Shown: positions 21,203-51,977 of the stretch, piece by piece | Numbering within the stretch: the first letter of the stretch is position 1 | How the letters are laid out: every line of letters begins with the position of its first letter | From: Amoebidium appalachense | Lineage: Eukaryota > Protista > Ichthyosporea | Direction: 5' to 3' | Length of the DNA: 64,000 bases | NCBI GenBank assembly: GCA_963693365.1 | Contig: CAVNZM010000009.1 | Location: 6,133,045-6,197,044 of the forward strand | Notes under the pieces: model-generated | The model's input: only the letters and a program-made list of their open reading frames with translations | Database searches by the model: none | What the model was told of the DNA's origin: nothing | Translations under genes and position numbers: made by a program

Positions 21203-22010
21203 TGAGCAAGACGCTCCGCAGTCGCTCTTGGGGAGCCGGGGCTGAAGCCACCAACCGGTACTCCCCTCTGGCCGCGGAAGATCCCAAAGATTCCATTGTG
21301 AACTCCACCCCCATGCAGGTGGACTCTCAAGACTCCGCTACAGCTCGTCGAGCTCAGAAGCACGGTCTTCGGATGATGAGTCTGCTGGAGAGCCCCACTC
21401 CAAGAATCCCGGGGCCCGCATTTCCTCTGATACCGAAGATGATTTGCGCGAGGAAAACCGACGTCTTCGCGCACGGCGCAAGTTCCGACCTTTTTTTTGT
21501 AATTTCGCATTTCCTGATATGGGTTTCCAAGTAATTATGCGATTGGTCGAAAGGACTTGATGACGTAGGTGGACTTCGTGGAGACAGGAATGCAATCTGA
21601 AATAGTTTCGACATGGGGAGTGAAATCGCACCCACGCATTGCTGAAGTGATTTTGCAGGATGGTGCAGGAAGTAGCAGGAGGCGGCGCTCGCCGGCGGGC
21701 CGGATTTTGCCCAAGCATACCGGCATGTTGCTGGTGCCTAGGGCGGATGCGATTGGCCTTTTTTTATCAAATCGCCCTCGGCCACCTGCGCGGCCCCCTC
21801 TCCCCGGACCAATTCTTCGCCGAATATCCGGTCCACCGTTCCTCCGGCGCCGTTACTAAAAAAGGGAACCCCCCCAAGTACCGTCGAATCCACCACCTCT
21901 CATGGCCCCGGGGCAGCAGCGTCAATGACAGCGTCACCTACCCCGACGAACTTCAGTACATTCGAGCCCGGGACGTCACCCAGCTCATTCTCGACGCAGG
22001 CCTGCTACAT
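21203..22010 (+). pseudogene. Relic of a tyrosine-recombinase retrotransposon (DIRS/Ngaro-like): gag-like fragment and RT N-terminal fragment
   Basis: 21768-22002 encodes QIALGHLRGP...GAVTKKGNPPKYRRIHHLSWPRGSSVNDSV...Y..ARDVTQLILDAG, matching the GP..G.VPKK..K.RLIHHLS.P.G.SVND motif typical of DIRS/Ngaro RT. It is truncated before the YxDD motif. The upstream frameshifted gag-like peptides (NRYSPLAAED, DDLREENRRLRAR) are weaker evidence. Confidence 0.7.
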
Positions 22011-22017
22011 CCGTGGC

Positions 22018-22039
22018 CACGGCCATCTAGAAACACCAG
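22018..22039 (+). mobile_element. Terminal inverted repeat of a DNA transposon that truncates the DIRS relic
   Basis: CACGGCCATCTAGAAACACCAG, with an exact reverse complement at 24895-24916 and a degenerate copy at ~29277-29300. Confidence 0.55.
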
Positions 22040-23595
22040 GCCGTCTAACGCGATTAACATTCCCGGGATAATGACAGTTTAACCAAAAAAGGCTATTTTG
22101 CATTCCACAAGGGGGTGCGGCCTACTTTTCATGGCAACCGCGTATCCAGACGATTATGTAATCGTGCATTGAATTTGAAGATCCGAATCGGGTCACACCA
22201 CGGCCCGTAATGCAGCGCTTATCATTTGTAAATAATAGATAATCATTTCGAATCGGGCTGAAAGAAAAGCCCGACGGGTATCGCGGAGAAAACTGCTGCA
22301 CTTGCCGTACAAACAAAAGCAAGAAGAGTAAGCTGTTTTTCTGCTCCACTTTTTTTGTCTTGTTGTTGTTGCGAGCACAATTGGGCCACTTTGGGCATAT
22401 AATGAGAACAAAATAAACTATCTAACATATACCTTCATTTGCAAGGATGGCATACGGCAAATGTTATGGCTGGTAGACCCGGATCCGTTCCGGTTTCTCT
22501 CTGTTCCCGCCCTCCCCTCTCACTTTTTGGCGAGCGGACCTCAAGCGTTAGCGTGTTGCTGCTCAGTCCTCGCGACTGCACGGGTTTCCACTTTTCGGTG
22601 AAAGTCGCTACTATATGGCATTGCATGGTGCAAAGCTCTTCATTATAACAGCAGCATCGGCAGCAAAATACCCATCAGCAAACATCTCCCGGCATCTTTT
22701 TCCCGTCTCAAACCAGTCTGGGACATCCTAAACCCGTAACCCATCCTGAACCATACCCTTTGTAATCGTTATTAGTTAGAGATGACTCCAAGCTATCCCT
22801 AACCCGTCCGGCTTTAGCAGGCGATATTAAAGACATCTCTGTAAGTACGTCCTTAGCATATCTGTAACCCGGCGAAACTTTGAACCTATCCCGTGTTCCA
22901 TCTGTTTCCTCCCCCAAGCATATCTTAGAGCCGTCTTTGTTATGTCTTAAACGAATCTATAAAAAGACAATATTTATGAACTTTACTAAAAAGATATCCC
23001 CAGCATATCTGTAAGCTATCGATCAGCCGTCTACAAGAGCGCTTTGCGATCACCAATATCCATCTTTAATACTACTTTATGTAGTTCAGACGAACATATA
23101 TGGCATACTTAACACCTCTTGAAGAATTTGCAGAGATATATTACAGATATGTTGTGGTTAACCTAAATGTATCCTTACGATGTAGTTATGTAATATGTTA
23201 TTTCAGTCAAACACGAGTTGTCGACTTTAGGATGTACTAAAAGCAACTCACCGATAGGCTAGGGATATTTTTATTGGTACATAGTGACACAAACAAGATA
23301 TGCGTGAGACGTATTTACGTCATAATATAGATTCATCATCAATTGAGGAAAAGACACAATTAATATACACTTTATACGGCTTTAGGACGGCCTAACGTTA
23401 TATATGGTCGCTCCCATAGATAGAATAATTATATATTCATAGTTCTGGTAAGAGCACCGGAAGATTTCTTGATGCAATTTTAAAGCCATCTTTCAGGATG
23501 TTCTAAAAGTCACACTAAAAAGACCATCGTCATCCTTAAAGTCATCTGTTGGATGGCTGGAGGTTGTCGTGATGATATCTTAAACCCCCACCTCC

Positions 23596-23620
<25 letters not shown>

Positions 23621-23626
<6 letters not shown>

Positions 23627-24033
23627 CCACATGAACCTTTGACGATCGATGACGACGATGAGGTGCCAGACCCACAGGGTCTTTTCCTGGGGACCACCAC
23701 CCACCCCACATGAACCTTTGACGATCGATGACGACGACGAGGTGCCAGACCCACAGGGTCTTGCCTCCATACTTTATTTACCTTAACACTGTCAGGACAA
23801 AAAGCCGGTACCCACCTATGGGTGCTAAACATGCACATGATCATTCATGTGCTATAAGAGCAACACAGAAACGAAACACGGAAACAACAGCAGCCATAGG
23901 ACAAAGAGCCCCAGACCCACAGGGTCTTGCCTCCATACTTTATTTACCTTAACAGGACAAAGAGCCGGTACCCACCTATGAAACGAAAAACGGAAACAAC
24001 AGCAGCCATAGGACAAAGAGCCGGTACCCACCT
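23621..24033. repeat. Complex nested direct repeats
   Basis: A 79-bp period unit (cccaccccacatgaacctttgacgatcgatgacgacg...gggtctt) occurs twice, cagacccacagggtcttgcctccatactttatttaccttaaca twice, and aggacaaa.agccggtacccacct three times. Confidence 0.85.
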
Positions 24034-24406
24034 CTAGATGATAACGTAGCCTTATAGCTGCTGATGACTTCATGGGCCAACCTTGCCAAAACCTGTAAAG
24101 GAACTCGAGCTAAGAATTAGCTCATCCTACTTGCGAGAAGTGGGGGGAGGGGGGGGGGGGGGGGGGGGGGGGACTGAGGGGGCTGACTGAGAGTGGCAAA
24201 AAAAGAGTCGACAGAACCAACCTCAAACATAGTAAGGACGGAAACCCGGACCAGAACTTATGAAGTCTAGAGAAGCAGAAAATAGCTTGAACGATCGGTG
24301 GAGGGGATGATAGCTATAGTGCTAACAGCAAAAGTAGTGCCCACAGTCGCTGGTTCATGAACGTGAAAGGCAACGTGCATCAGCAGCCAGCAGACACACG
24401 CACACG

Positions 24407-24444
<38 letters not shown>

Positions 24445-24571
24445 GACACAGACACAGACATAATCACAGGACGGACACAGACCAGACAGACAAACGCCAT
24501 ATGCACAAAAGCAGGCAACACAAAACTAACCTTCAAAGGGCAGCATGGTCCAAAACAATCAGCACGGTGGC

Positions 24572-24699
24572 TGCGGGATCTGCGGAGGGGATCTGTGACC
24601 AGGCGACCTGCGGGAAGGGAACTGCGACCAGGCGACCTGCGGGAAGGGACCTGCGACCAGGCGACCGGCGGGAAAGGACCTGCGGACCTGCGGGAAGGG
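24572..24699. repeat. 29-bp GC-rich tandem repeat, ~4 copies
   Basis: aggcgacctgcgggaaggga.ctgcgacc at 24601, 24630 and 24659, plus degenerate flanks. Confidence 0.85.
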
Positions 24700-24885
24700 G
24701 GAAGAGAAATGGAGCAAACAACGTGCGTACAGGCTTAAATGGAGAAAAAATTGCAAACCGGATTGGGATTTAGCCAATCACTATTCGCCGCGCCTGATTA
24801 GGAAAAAGATGAAAATAGATTTCGGCTCGCGCGCGCGCGTGCATCCGGCTTGGTGCCCTTAGCGCTACCCTTAGTGCCTTTAGTC

Positions 24886-24916
24886 CACGGCCATCTGGTG
24901 TTTCTAGATGGCCGTG
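24886..24916. mobile_element. 31-bp fused-TIR remnant with an 8-bp TSD (hAT-like)
   Basis: cacggccatctggtgtttctagatggccgtg is flanked by ctttagtc (24878-24885) and ccttagtc (24917-24924). Confidence 0.55.
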
Positions 24917-25649
24917 CCTTAGTCACAACTATCAGACTATAGTTACGTGTCCTCCACTTCTTTGTTCTTGACCATTTTTTCGGCATGAAAGGGTTTCTGT
25001 TACTTCTTGCTGTCCTTCTTAGCGTGCTTGCTTGTCTTTTTTTCAACATGGGTGTCACTGGCGCTTTCGACTTCTTTGAAATCACACACACACACACACA
25101 CACGTGCGCGCGCGCGCGCGCACGCACACACACTCACACATGCACACTGCACACACACACACATACACACACACACACACAGGCGCGCACACACAGGCAC
25201 GCACACACACACAGGCGCACACCTACACAACACACACAGCACATGCACACACAAGCGCACACACGCACACACCCTGTTATCCCTGATCATGATGCCCCCT
25301 CCCCCCCTCCCTCTTCCCCCCCCCCCGCGCATCCCCCCCCCCCCCCCCCCCCCCCACCCACCCACCCCACCCACCCACCTACAAAGACGAAAACATTGTA
25401 CATGTATTGCATACACAAATATACTCGCACATATACATACACACATTCACTTTAATCTTTCAGGCTACATGTGCAATATACATTAATTATGCACAGTCGA
25501 TAGAATTCGTTGTGAAACCCCCCCCCCCCCTCCTCGTTCCCCCCATATGCAATGGGGATAATATTGTTTCCCGCTATTAATAAAAAAAATCACCGTTCTA
25601 ACTTCCTAAGACCGAACCACTTGTAACACCGACAGTTTCGGTTGTGTGG

Positions 25650-25695
<46 letters not shown>

Positions 25696-25808
25696 CCCAC
25701 CCACCACCACCTTACCAATATTGAGGTGTACACTGCCCCCACATCCCCAACTGTGTGCTGAATATCCCGTGCTAGGAAACCAATAACGTGAAAGTAACAC
25801 ATGCCGCA

Positions 25809-26419
25809 TGTGGGTAGTTATTGAAAAAACCAATAATGTCTAGGTAACATACTATGTACATATACTATGCTACAAAGGGGGTTCTATACGAGCTACAACG
25901 TTGTGTTTTTTTCGTGTGACCCTCGTACTCCAGGGGCACATTCACCATCCCCCCCATAAACTTTGTGGTAAAGTTCTCGTGCTAGAAGCTGTTCTGTGGG
26001 TAGTTATTGAAAAAACGAATAATGTCTAGGTAACACATGTGCATATGCTATGCTACAAGGGGGGTTCTATTCGAGCTACAATGTTGTGTTTTTTTTGTGT
26101 GACCCTCGTACTCCAGGGGCCCATTATCCATCCCCCCCATAAAATTTGTGGTAAATCTCTCGTGCTAGAGGCTGTTCTGTGGGTAGTTATTGAAAAACCA
26201 ATAATGTCTGGGTAACATATGTACATATACTATGCTACAAGGGGGGTTCTATACGAGCTACAACGTTGTGTTTTTTTCGTGTGACCCTTGTACTCCAGGG
26301 GCACATTCACCATCCCCCCCATAAACGTTGTGGTAAATGTCTCGTGCTAGAAGCTGTTCTGTGGGTAGTTATTGAAAAAACCACAAATGTCTAGGTAACA
26401 CATGGACATATACTATGCT
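25809..26419. repeat. ~183-bp tandem satellite, 3.3 copies
   Basis: The unit start tgtgggtagttattgaaaaa occurs at 25809, 25995, 26178 and 26360. Confidence 0.95.
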
Positions 26420-29100
26420 GCACACACAAACACGTGTGCTCTCCAAGGAGACACACATTGATGGCATACATCACCACAGCCACTCAAGGGAGGGTGGGCG
26501 GGGGGAAAAAAATACTTGATTAAAGAAAACAAAGGCTTACGGGCCTCAGGAGGCCCTGTCAACTTGCTAGACTAAGGACACATTCTGCTCAGGAGCAGTG
26601 CCAGCGACTGAGAGGCCTACGAATCTGCGAGCTAGCGGTTTATATATACGCAGGATATGGCTCACGACATCCGATTGGCTACAGGGGAATGTGAAGACCA
26701 GATATGGCTACACTTAAACAGGAACAATCATTGCACTTACATTTACGTACAAAGAACTGATTGGCTAAGCCATACCGAGAGGCTAACCAATCAGAATGCA
26801 AACTAGCTGACAGTTCGAATTCCACATGTCACTCCGCCGAGTCCGTCGTCGGGGCTGCGGCCGTTCCTCAAAGAAAACCCGTTTAAAAACGAACCATGAT
26901 GTTTATAGATAAATATATATATTAAAATTCTGAGTGGTTATTAAGGCTTGAATTCGACATTTCATGGTGGATCCCCACTTTTTTCTTGATCGATCATCTT
27001 TGATTCTTTTTTCTGTCTTTCAAATAGCAAGTCCCGTGAACCAAAGCAGGGCCGCGGAGTTCGTTCTGGCTTTTGCAAGTGCAAGGTAAATTAGTTATTG
27101 AATCACTTTTTTTTTTTGTTGTAAATCCTCGCCCTCTTATTTTCTTACTAAATAGTACTTCTCATGAAAAAAACATGTGCACATTTGCAACAACGTACTA
27201 CAGCTATCAAGACTTATCATGTATGGCACCTGTGGAGAGGTTTTGGTGTTGAATTTGAAACCCTGGTAGTGATTTTAAGTGAGCCAATCCCAGCAATCCC
27301 TCGAACTTTACAAAAAAAATAGGTTTCGCCGAGAAGAATCAGACTGACACTCCAAAACCATGGTGGTGTGGGTTTTTCTCATCAAAAATTTGGATATTCG
27401 GAATTTTTTGACTTCGGATTTTTTTCAATCCAATGTGGACATGTACCATGGAAATGCGAAGCGCAACATTAGAGTATGAACGCTTTATGAGTACTTTGTG
27501 AGCACTTGATTGCTACTTATAAGAACTATATTTCAGCTTTATGGCACTTGTGATTCTAGTGATTATGTGAGTACATACTGGAAGAACACTAGGAAGCGTC
27601 GCGACTCAATGAGGTAATGTAACCGAAAACAAAACCCACATCATGGGGACTTTGTCAAGGCTCATTTTGCAACAAACACGGTGATTTAGCCTTGTACCAC
27701 CCGGCCCTCCGGGCCGGCCTTATACACCGCATGCGCACTATTGCAGTGAGAAACGAAGAAGAAGAGAAAGAAAAAATATGAAATGAAAACAAAGAAACAA
27801 AGAAAAAAAAAAGGAAAAATCGGGAATACTGAGAACGAAAACCAAAAAATCGTAGTGCTCAGGGTATTGCAAATATGGTGCATCGACCCCAACCATATCG
27901 CGCACGACCTGGCCTTATCCACGGTAGGCGGTATACCTATATGGCCATTTCCAGGGGGATTTTCATCCGAACGTAACTGCAGCGTATGTGTGGTGTGGCC
28001 TGGTGTATTCCTACTGCTGTGTGAGTGTGGGGGCATCTCCCTTTCGCGAATTTCTCGCTTGAGAAGTGGACCACTGCCAACCTATGGTAACTTCTACACG
28101 CTGTCTACGCTTCTACGCGACCTATTGGCAGTGGTGCAGGGCTGCTGCAACTTCTTCAGCTACTTCTGCGCTGTGTGAGTGGAGGGGCGGCTACTTGGTC
28201 GTCGGGGAGTGACTGCCAGTCCTTAGCCTCCAGTCGTATGGCAATGACCGGGTTTGCTTGCATGCATTCTGTAATTGTGTTTTTCTGTGTGTCCTGCCAC
28301 AACCGTTGGCCACCTTATCAGAGAGCTAGATGCAGTTTCTCCGGGTTATCTAGGGGCCGGGCCCGTTGGGATTGTTTTTTAGCTCAGATTTGGTCTGCAT
28401 TGCTCTTTTAGAGGCTGACTTGCTTGCTGTGCCTCGGTAGGTTTTGAGGGGGGCCTGTTGGGAAGCAGCAGTAATGATGTCTTCTTGCGGAGTGTGGTCT
28501 GGTCAACATCGATGCATATGACTAGTTGGAGCAAACTAGTTTCACGCATACACGTACACTTAAGGTTTTGCCCGCTGATGTCCTTTGTCACTTGTCGCTA
28601 TATTTTTATTTCGTAGCTTTGGCTTTTTCAGTTCTATTGGTGGTTATGTAGCCTGTGGCTGTACGTTGCCTTCATCAACGGATCAATAAAACCGAGTCAA
28701 AAGATTTTCACCCAGTCAAAAGAAGAAAAAAAAAGAAAAAAAAAGAAAAAAAAAGAAAAAGATTTTCATTCCGGATCCGGCCGCGGCCCGAGGCTGCCGA
28801 AATTTGAGTCGATGAAACAGAACGTTTCAGAAATATTATTTTGAATATAATAATCGTAACAACAGAATAAAAAGTAATATTCTAAAAAACAATGGGTTCT
28901 CTGGATACATTTACAACTTCAAGGCAGCCGCCCCCGAGCGTGTAAACCTATTCCAAATATTTATACCAAATACTACACTTAATGTTTCCTAAGAGTATCC
29001 CAAAAATACCTTTTTTTCATAGTTTTGTGTCCCACGATAAGCGGCTTATCTCAACTCAAGATTCGAATATCACGCTTATCGTTTTTATTTTTTATTTTTA

Positions 29101-30020
29101 GTATCACACCTCATCATCATGACCGCATAGAGGCTCAAAATTTGCATGCATAAGACTATTTGGAGAAGAATTTTTGCAAACAAAAAATATTCATATCCAA
29201 TAGCAACGCACTCTCATTTCGAATATGTCGGAATTCCCAGATCTTGATTGCCAATGATGCGATAGCCCCAAAAATACGGCCATCTAGATCTAGAAACACC
29301 CCTGACGTCTCTGGAGTCGCCGGGTCGACCGAGACTGAGTTTGAAACATCACAGCTACCAGTAGTATATTTTGCATTGCCCGCACGCGCTGCCAGGCTAC
29401 ATTTTTTTGTACTCAACGGTGCCGCTTCAGTGCATCGTATACTAACCTGCAGTGATTGGCCATTTCAGAGTACTTTTTGTTTCAAACAAATTAAATATAC
29501 TATCCACTCATAGAAAAATTGATTGACTAAAGATCAGGTATGCTTTTGACAGACTTTCCACACACGCGCGCGACTCCGGGGATGCAGATAAATGTATCCC
29601 GGAAAGAAAACGGTTTGGGTATGTCCCTCAAATATCTCAAATTTATCTTCTTTGTCTTATAGGCCACATTGTCATTCTGCGATATCTCAATATAACGATT
29701 TCCTTGCAATTGCAATCCCTGGGTTCTCTGGAACCCATCATTGGCAATCAAGATCTGGGAATTCCGACATATTCGAAATGAGAGTGCGTTGCTATTGGAT
29801 ACCTAAACTACAAGGCCTATATCTCCTTCCACTAAAGATGGCAATAGAATTTGTGAAAATTACCTTATGGATATTATCACTCCAACGCGCGAAAGACGTG
29901 CAATGATAAGACATGCAGCGGCCTATATGAATATTTTTTGTTTGCAAAAATTCTTCTCCAAATAGTCTTATGCATGCAAATTTTGAGCCTCTATGCGGTC
30001 ATGATGATGAGGTGTGATAC
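29101..30020. mobile_element. Non-autonomous foldback/MITE-like element (920 bp) with long bipartite TIRs, flanked by TA
   Basis: 29101-29196 is the reverse complement of 29925-30020 (96 bp), and 29194-29259 of 29736-29801 (66 bp). TA at 29099-29100 and 30021-30022. No transposase ORF. The A/T-rich flanks make the exact ends uncertain. Confidence 0.85.
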
Positions 30021-30295
30021 TAAAAATAAAAATATTTAAAAATAACCTGAAAATTAAATAGTCTGTTTACAAACCCCTCATTATACAGCAAGGGGGATCT
30101 TCTTCGTATGGTGTGATTGGTACGTACGTACGTGCGCACAGATAGTCCGAGCCCAGGCTCAGCTGTGAATCAGCGGATGCTTTGCTTTTGTTGAACAGAA
30201 GTGAGTAGAATGGTGTGGTGTCCCTCACGTTGAAACCTAACACCTGCTAAGTACCAATGTATTCTTAACCAAACCAAAAACTAAATAACATAGCA

Positions 30296-32803
<2,508 letters not shown>

Positions 32804-34570
32804 TAATAAAACCACTGATCACGGTGTGTGGAAATAGCAAAGATATACATGCATCATAATTCTCTGAGAAGCACCAACCCATCCAACCATACACCCATCC
32901 CTTTCTATCTTCTTCTTCTTTTTTCTTTTTCTCTTATCTTTCTTTTCTTTTCTTTTATCTTCTTTTTTCTTTTTCCCCTCTTCCCTGGGTTTTGTCCCAA
33001 GGGGGAGGCAGTATTGTAGGCGCTTAGCCCGGATATTCTGTTCTCTCTCTCTCCCCGGTATAGTAGCGTATATATATATCATTATAATTCATGACTTCTA
33101 GTCACTGATTGCACTAGTCTAACACACCAACACAAAGTTAATTTGAATATGCGCGTAGTTCAAGTGAACGATCTAGGGCCTGTGTATAATTAGCAATCTT
33201 TAGTTTTAGTTTATGATTAAAGAGCAGCAAGACTGCAGCCTATGCAGGCGCGGTCCTAGCAGCTGCAGTTTATTTTTTATTTTCTACATTAAATATGGCA
33301 GAAATTTCAATGACATCTCTGAGCCCCCTGTAACAATGTGCAAATGTACCTACCCCTCCTCCCCCCCCCCCCCCCCCCCCCCCCCCCCACCCACCCTTTC
33401 CCCCAGAGCGGAACAGTGAAGTTGCACGAGCCACAGTGAAAACCACACATGGTGTTGTGTGACGGTGTGTGTGTGGATGGGTGGGTGAGTGGGTGGGAGA
33501 GAGGGAGAGGGGGAGAAAGAGAGAAACAAAGGTTGAGAGAGAGAGGTTCAGAGAGAGAGAGAGAGGTGGGAGGGGGGTCGAGATGGAAGAAGAGGGGCCG
33601 GAGGATGGGGAGGGGGGGGGGGGGGGGGAGGGGGGAGAAGAAATCGCGACGTCGAGATAAAGAAAGACTCTGGGGGGGGGGGGGGGGGGGGGGGGGGATA
33701 GGGATGAGATAGAGAAGGGGGGGGGGGGGGGGGGGGATCGGAACAGAGAGAGGTCGAGAGAGTTAGTGGTCGAGAGAGAGGTTGAGAGATCAAGAATTTA
33801 AAAAAAAAGGAGGGGGGGGGGGGGGGGGAGGGAGAGAGAGAGAGAGAGAAGGAGAGAGAGAGAGGGGGGGGGGGGGGGGGGGAGGGGGGGAGAGGGAGAG
33901 ATTGAGCGAGGGCGAGAGGGAGGGAGGGAGGCAGGGAGAGAGACAGAGAGAAGAGGGTAGAGAGGGAATGAGAGGGCAAGAGGTCCACGAAGCTCGACAG
34001 AGGAATTATCGTTGAGAACTTCAGAAAATTGATCGTGTCTAGAGAGAAAGCAGATATAACAGTTTAACGGCTAATGGTTCAATACAGACTACGTACCCCG
34101 ACAGACTACATAGATTAGCTGACTGCCGGGAAAACTTCAATCTAAAAATGAACTCACGCGGAGATACTTCAATATATGGATTTAAGTCGGTGTGAAATCA
34201 CATGGCATAGCGATTTCAGCCGGTGGCAGCTAAAATTTGGTAGTCTGACAGCGTACATAGTCCGTATTGAACCGTTGGCCCTTAAATACTATGTACGTGT
34301 TTATAGGTGTGTGCACTTCGTCAACAATGTAACATGTACATGTCGACCCAAATTTGGTGTATGCGTGAGGCATGCATCATCCGGACATGCCGATACTATT
34401 GAATATAACTGCCACCTACAACATATCGTGTACACGTGTGTTTGTCTGTGTGCGTGTCTGTGTCTGTGTGTGTGTCTGTGTGTCTGTGTCTGTGTGTGTG
34501 TCTGTGTCCGTCTGTCTGTGTCTGTGTGTGTGTATGTGTGTATACCTGCGTGCCTGTGTGTTTCTGGTGT

Positions 34571-34601
<31 letters not shown>

Positions 34602-34940
34602 CAACCGATCCAAATTGAGCGCATGCATAGGCATACAATGATGAGTCAAGTAATAAATCCGTGCAAGTCGCTCATTTGTGAACATTCACAGGCGCCTTGA
34701 TGGGACACCTCCTAAAACAGCACAACCCACTGAATCTTTACTACAACAATAAGGGTAACAAAAAGAACGAAGTTAATATAACACGATGTAATGCTGCCCT
34801 AATGATGCATATCATGATCATGATGGGAATATCTTTGGGGGGGCTGCCGTGATTTTATTATGTGAACGTCCACCAAGGGACAATTCAAAAGAGCAATATC
34901 ACAACCCATCCTTTTTATCATGTGTGTGTGTGTGTGTGTT

Positions 34941-34992
<52 letters not shown>

Positions 34993-35505
34993 TGTACGTG
35001 TGTCTGTCTGTGTGCGGCCAGTGTGCGCGCTTGTGCGCGTGTACGTAAAAGGGAAGGAGGCGAAAAGAGCGGTGGTGGTGGTGGTTGGGGGAGGGGGGAG
35101 GAAGGGGGAAGGGGGGAGAGAGAGCATAAGTGCACATTGATCTTTCCCCATCCCCAACTGCGCAACCAAATAACATATAAAGAGATTCTATGAAGCAGAT
35201 TTGTCCAATACGAGCACTAACCAACACACACACTATGTTCTAACATCACCGGTACTGACGATTGTGTGGGTACAATTAGAGGTCCCACCTACATATATGA
35301 AGATATGTACACCAATATTACGGTCATTATAATCAAAGGCCTGTCGCAACTGGAGATAACTCGGCGCCAACACGAAGGAGATATGGGTAAAAATACGTGA
35401 TATATTATCACGATTTGCCAACGACATTTAATTAAGGCTTGCCACGATTAGGGATGATTCGGCATCAACATGTAGGAGATATACGTAAAATTACGCGATA
35501 TGCTA

Positions 35506-50179
<14,674 letters not shown>

Positions 50180-50350
50180 GGTTTCAACTGTATCTACTCA
50201 GTTACTTACAAGTTGTTGCCAAATCCTGCCCATGGCATGAGCGGTGTTGCAAATGCCAGCGACCATCAAGCTTCACAACATAAAGAAATTACCTAGTTCA
50301 CAAGCAAACTGGTTTGGTCTGAGCTCGAGGTTGAATCAAGGGGTAACCCG

Positions 50351-50385
50351 TTGCGCAATCATGACGTCACCAAATCGTGACGTCA
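50351..50385. promoter_or_regulatory. Cluster of bZIP-type palindromes ~170-200 bp upstream of the GATB ATG
   Basis: TTGCGCAA at 50351-50358, TGACGTCA at 50362-50369 and 50378-50385. A CCAAT box on the minus strand lies at ~50425. Confidence 0.5.
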
Positions 50386-50646
50386 CCAACAAGAAAACTT
50401 AGAAAAGTGCGAGTCAAGCACTTGATTGGCTATATACGCATCCTTTGGTATGCGCCAGCACTGGTGCACTGCAGTCATTGCAAACAGTCATTGCAGTGCT
50501 CCTAAAAACAGCTGCTGAAAACGGCAAGCGCAGCTGACTGAGGTTTTCCAGCAACCGAGCCAGCTGCAGCCAGCTGCCAGAGAAGACGAGACAATTGCAA
50601 GCAAGCTTCGCTCGAGGAACCAACCCCCCCCCCCCCCCCGTCCCCC

Positions 50647-50677
<31 letters not shown>

Positions 50678-51129
50678 ATAAAAAAAAATAAATAAAAAAC
50701 CAGCTGAGGACAATAGTACCATACTTCTCGGTTGGCCCACGCGTTGGCACGTCTCCCCCTCCCCCCCCCCCCCTTCCCCCCCCCACCCCTCCCTTGACTG
50801 AGTCCCCCCAGTGACAACCTTCCCCACGGCCCACATCCTATCAACGGATTGCAGTGGTATGTCGTTTCATTCATTTTTCCGGTGGTGGTACGCATATATA
50901 CGGGGAAACAGAGAGGGGAAGAGAGAGAGAGAGAATGAGAGTTGTGGGGGCGTGCAGGTGTGGTTGGATGGTAGGCAAGACCCTGGTGGTAGGAAGATGG
51001 AGACCGGGCAAGAGAGACAAAGAGAGCCCGACAAAGAGAGAGGGAGGGGGAGAGAGATGGTCTAAGAGGGAGGGAAATAAGGAGAGAGAGGGAGAGAGAG
51101 AGAAATAGAGAGAGCGATAGAGAGAGAGA

Positions 51130-51167
<38 letters not shown>

Positions 51168-51977
51168 CCATGTGTATCTGTGTGTGGGTGTGCAAGTGTG
51201 CCACGTGGTCTGGGAGTGTACGTGCTTACTTTTGGATCTGTGGGTGTGATTGCGTGTGTGCACCTGTGCGTGCGCACTTAGCAGCCGTGTACGTGTACCT
51301 GGTGTGCTGGCGTGCCGGTGCATGGGCTTTTTGTGTAACTGCAGTACTGTATTGTACGCGTATGAGTGTGCTTGTGCACAATTGTGCATAACCGTTGAGT
51401 GCGGTGTGCGCGCTGTGACTGTAGGTGTATGAGCTTGAGAGTAGAGACATGTGTGCGTGTACATGCTCTAGCTAAACATTCGCGCAAATGACGACCAGGT
51501 ATATAGTCTTACTCGTGTTTCACTGCTCTTCCTTCCCCCTCGATTTTGCTTGTTCCTGGTGGTTTTTTGCATGCGCCCACCGACATGGGTGGAGGGCCCG
51601 TGTATGTACGTGTGTGAGGTGCCGCCTGAGCACGGTAATGTTAAGGGGGGCTGCAAAGACAAGACCACAAAAGAAATATTCGTTTTTATATAACCATTTT
51701 GCCCTTCCTGGGGCATAACACGTTTACATATACTTTTATTTACAATATCTACATTGCAATTACAATAGGCTACATTATTAGTTTACAAAAGGTTCACAAA
51801 CCAAGAGGGCACACTAGGCAGCAACAACGTGTTCACAAACACGAAAACTAACTATTTTAACTTTAAACTTTATACAAACTACTTTAACTTTGTCCGAACT
51901 ACTTTAAACTTTATCCGAACTACTTTGCTGTGTCCTATGAACTGTGGACACAGAAAACCACACAAACACTAAGGAGG

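Noticed and set aside
27680-28600. Possible decayed LINE 3' end on the minus strand
   Set aside because: The composition is suggestive, but all frames are interrupted and no RT or endonuclease motif is recognisable.
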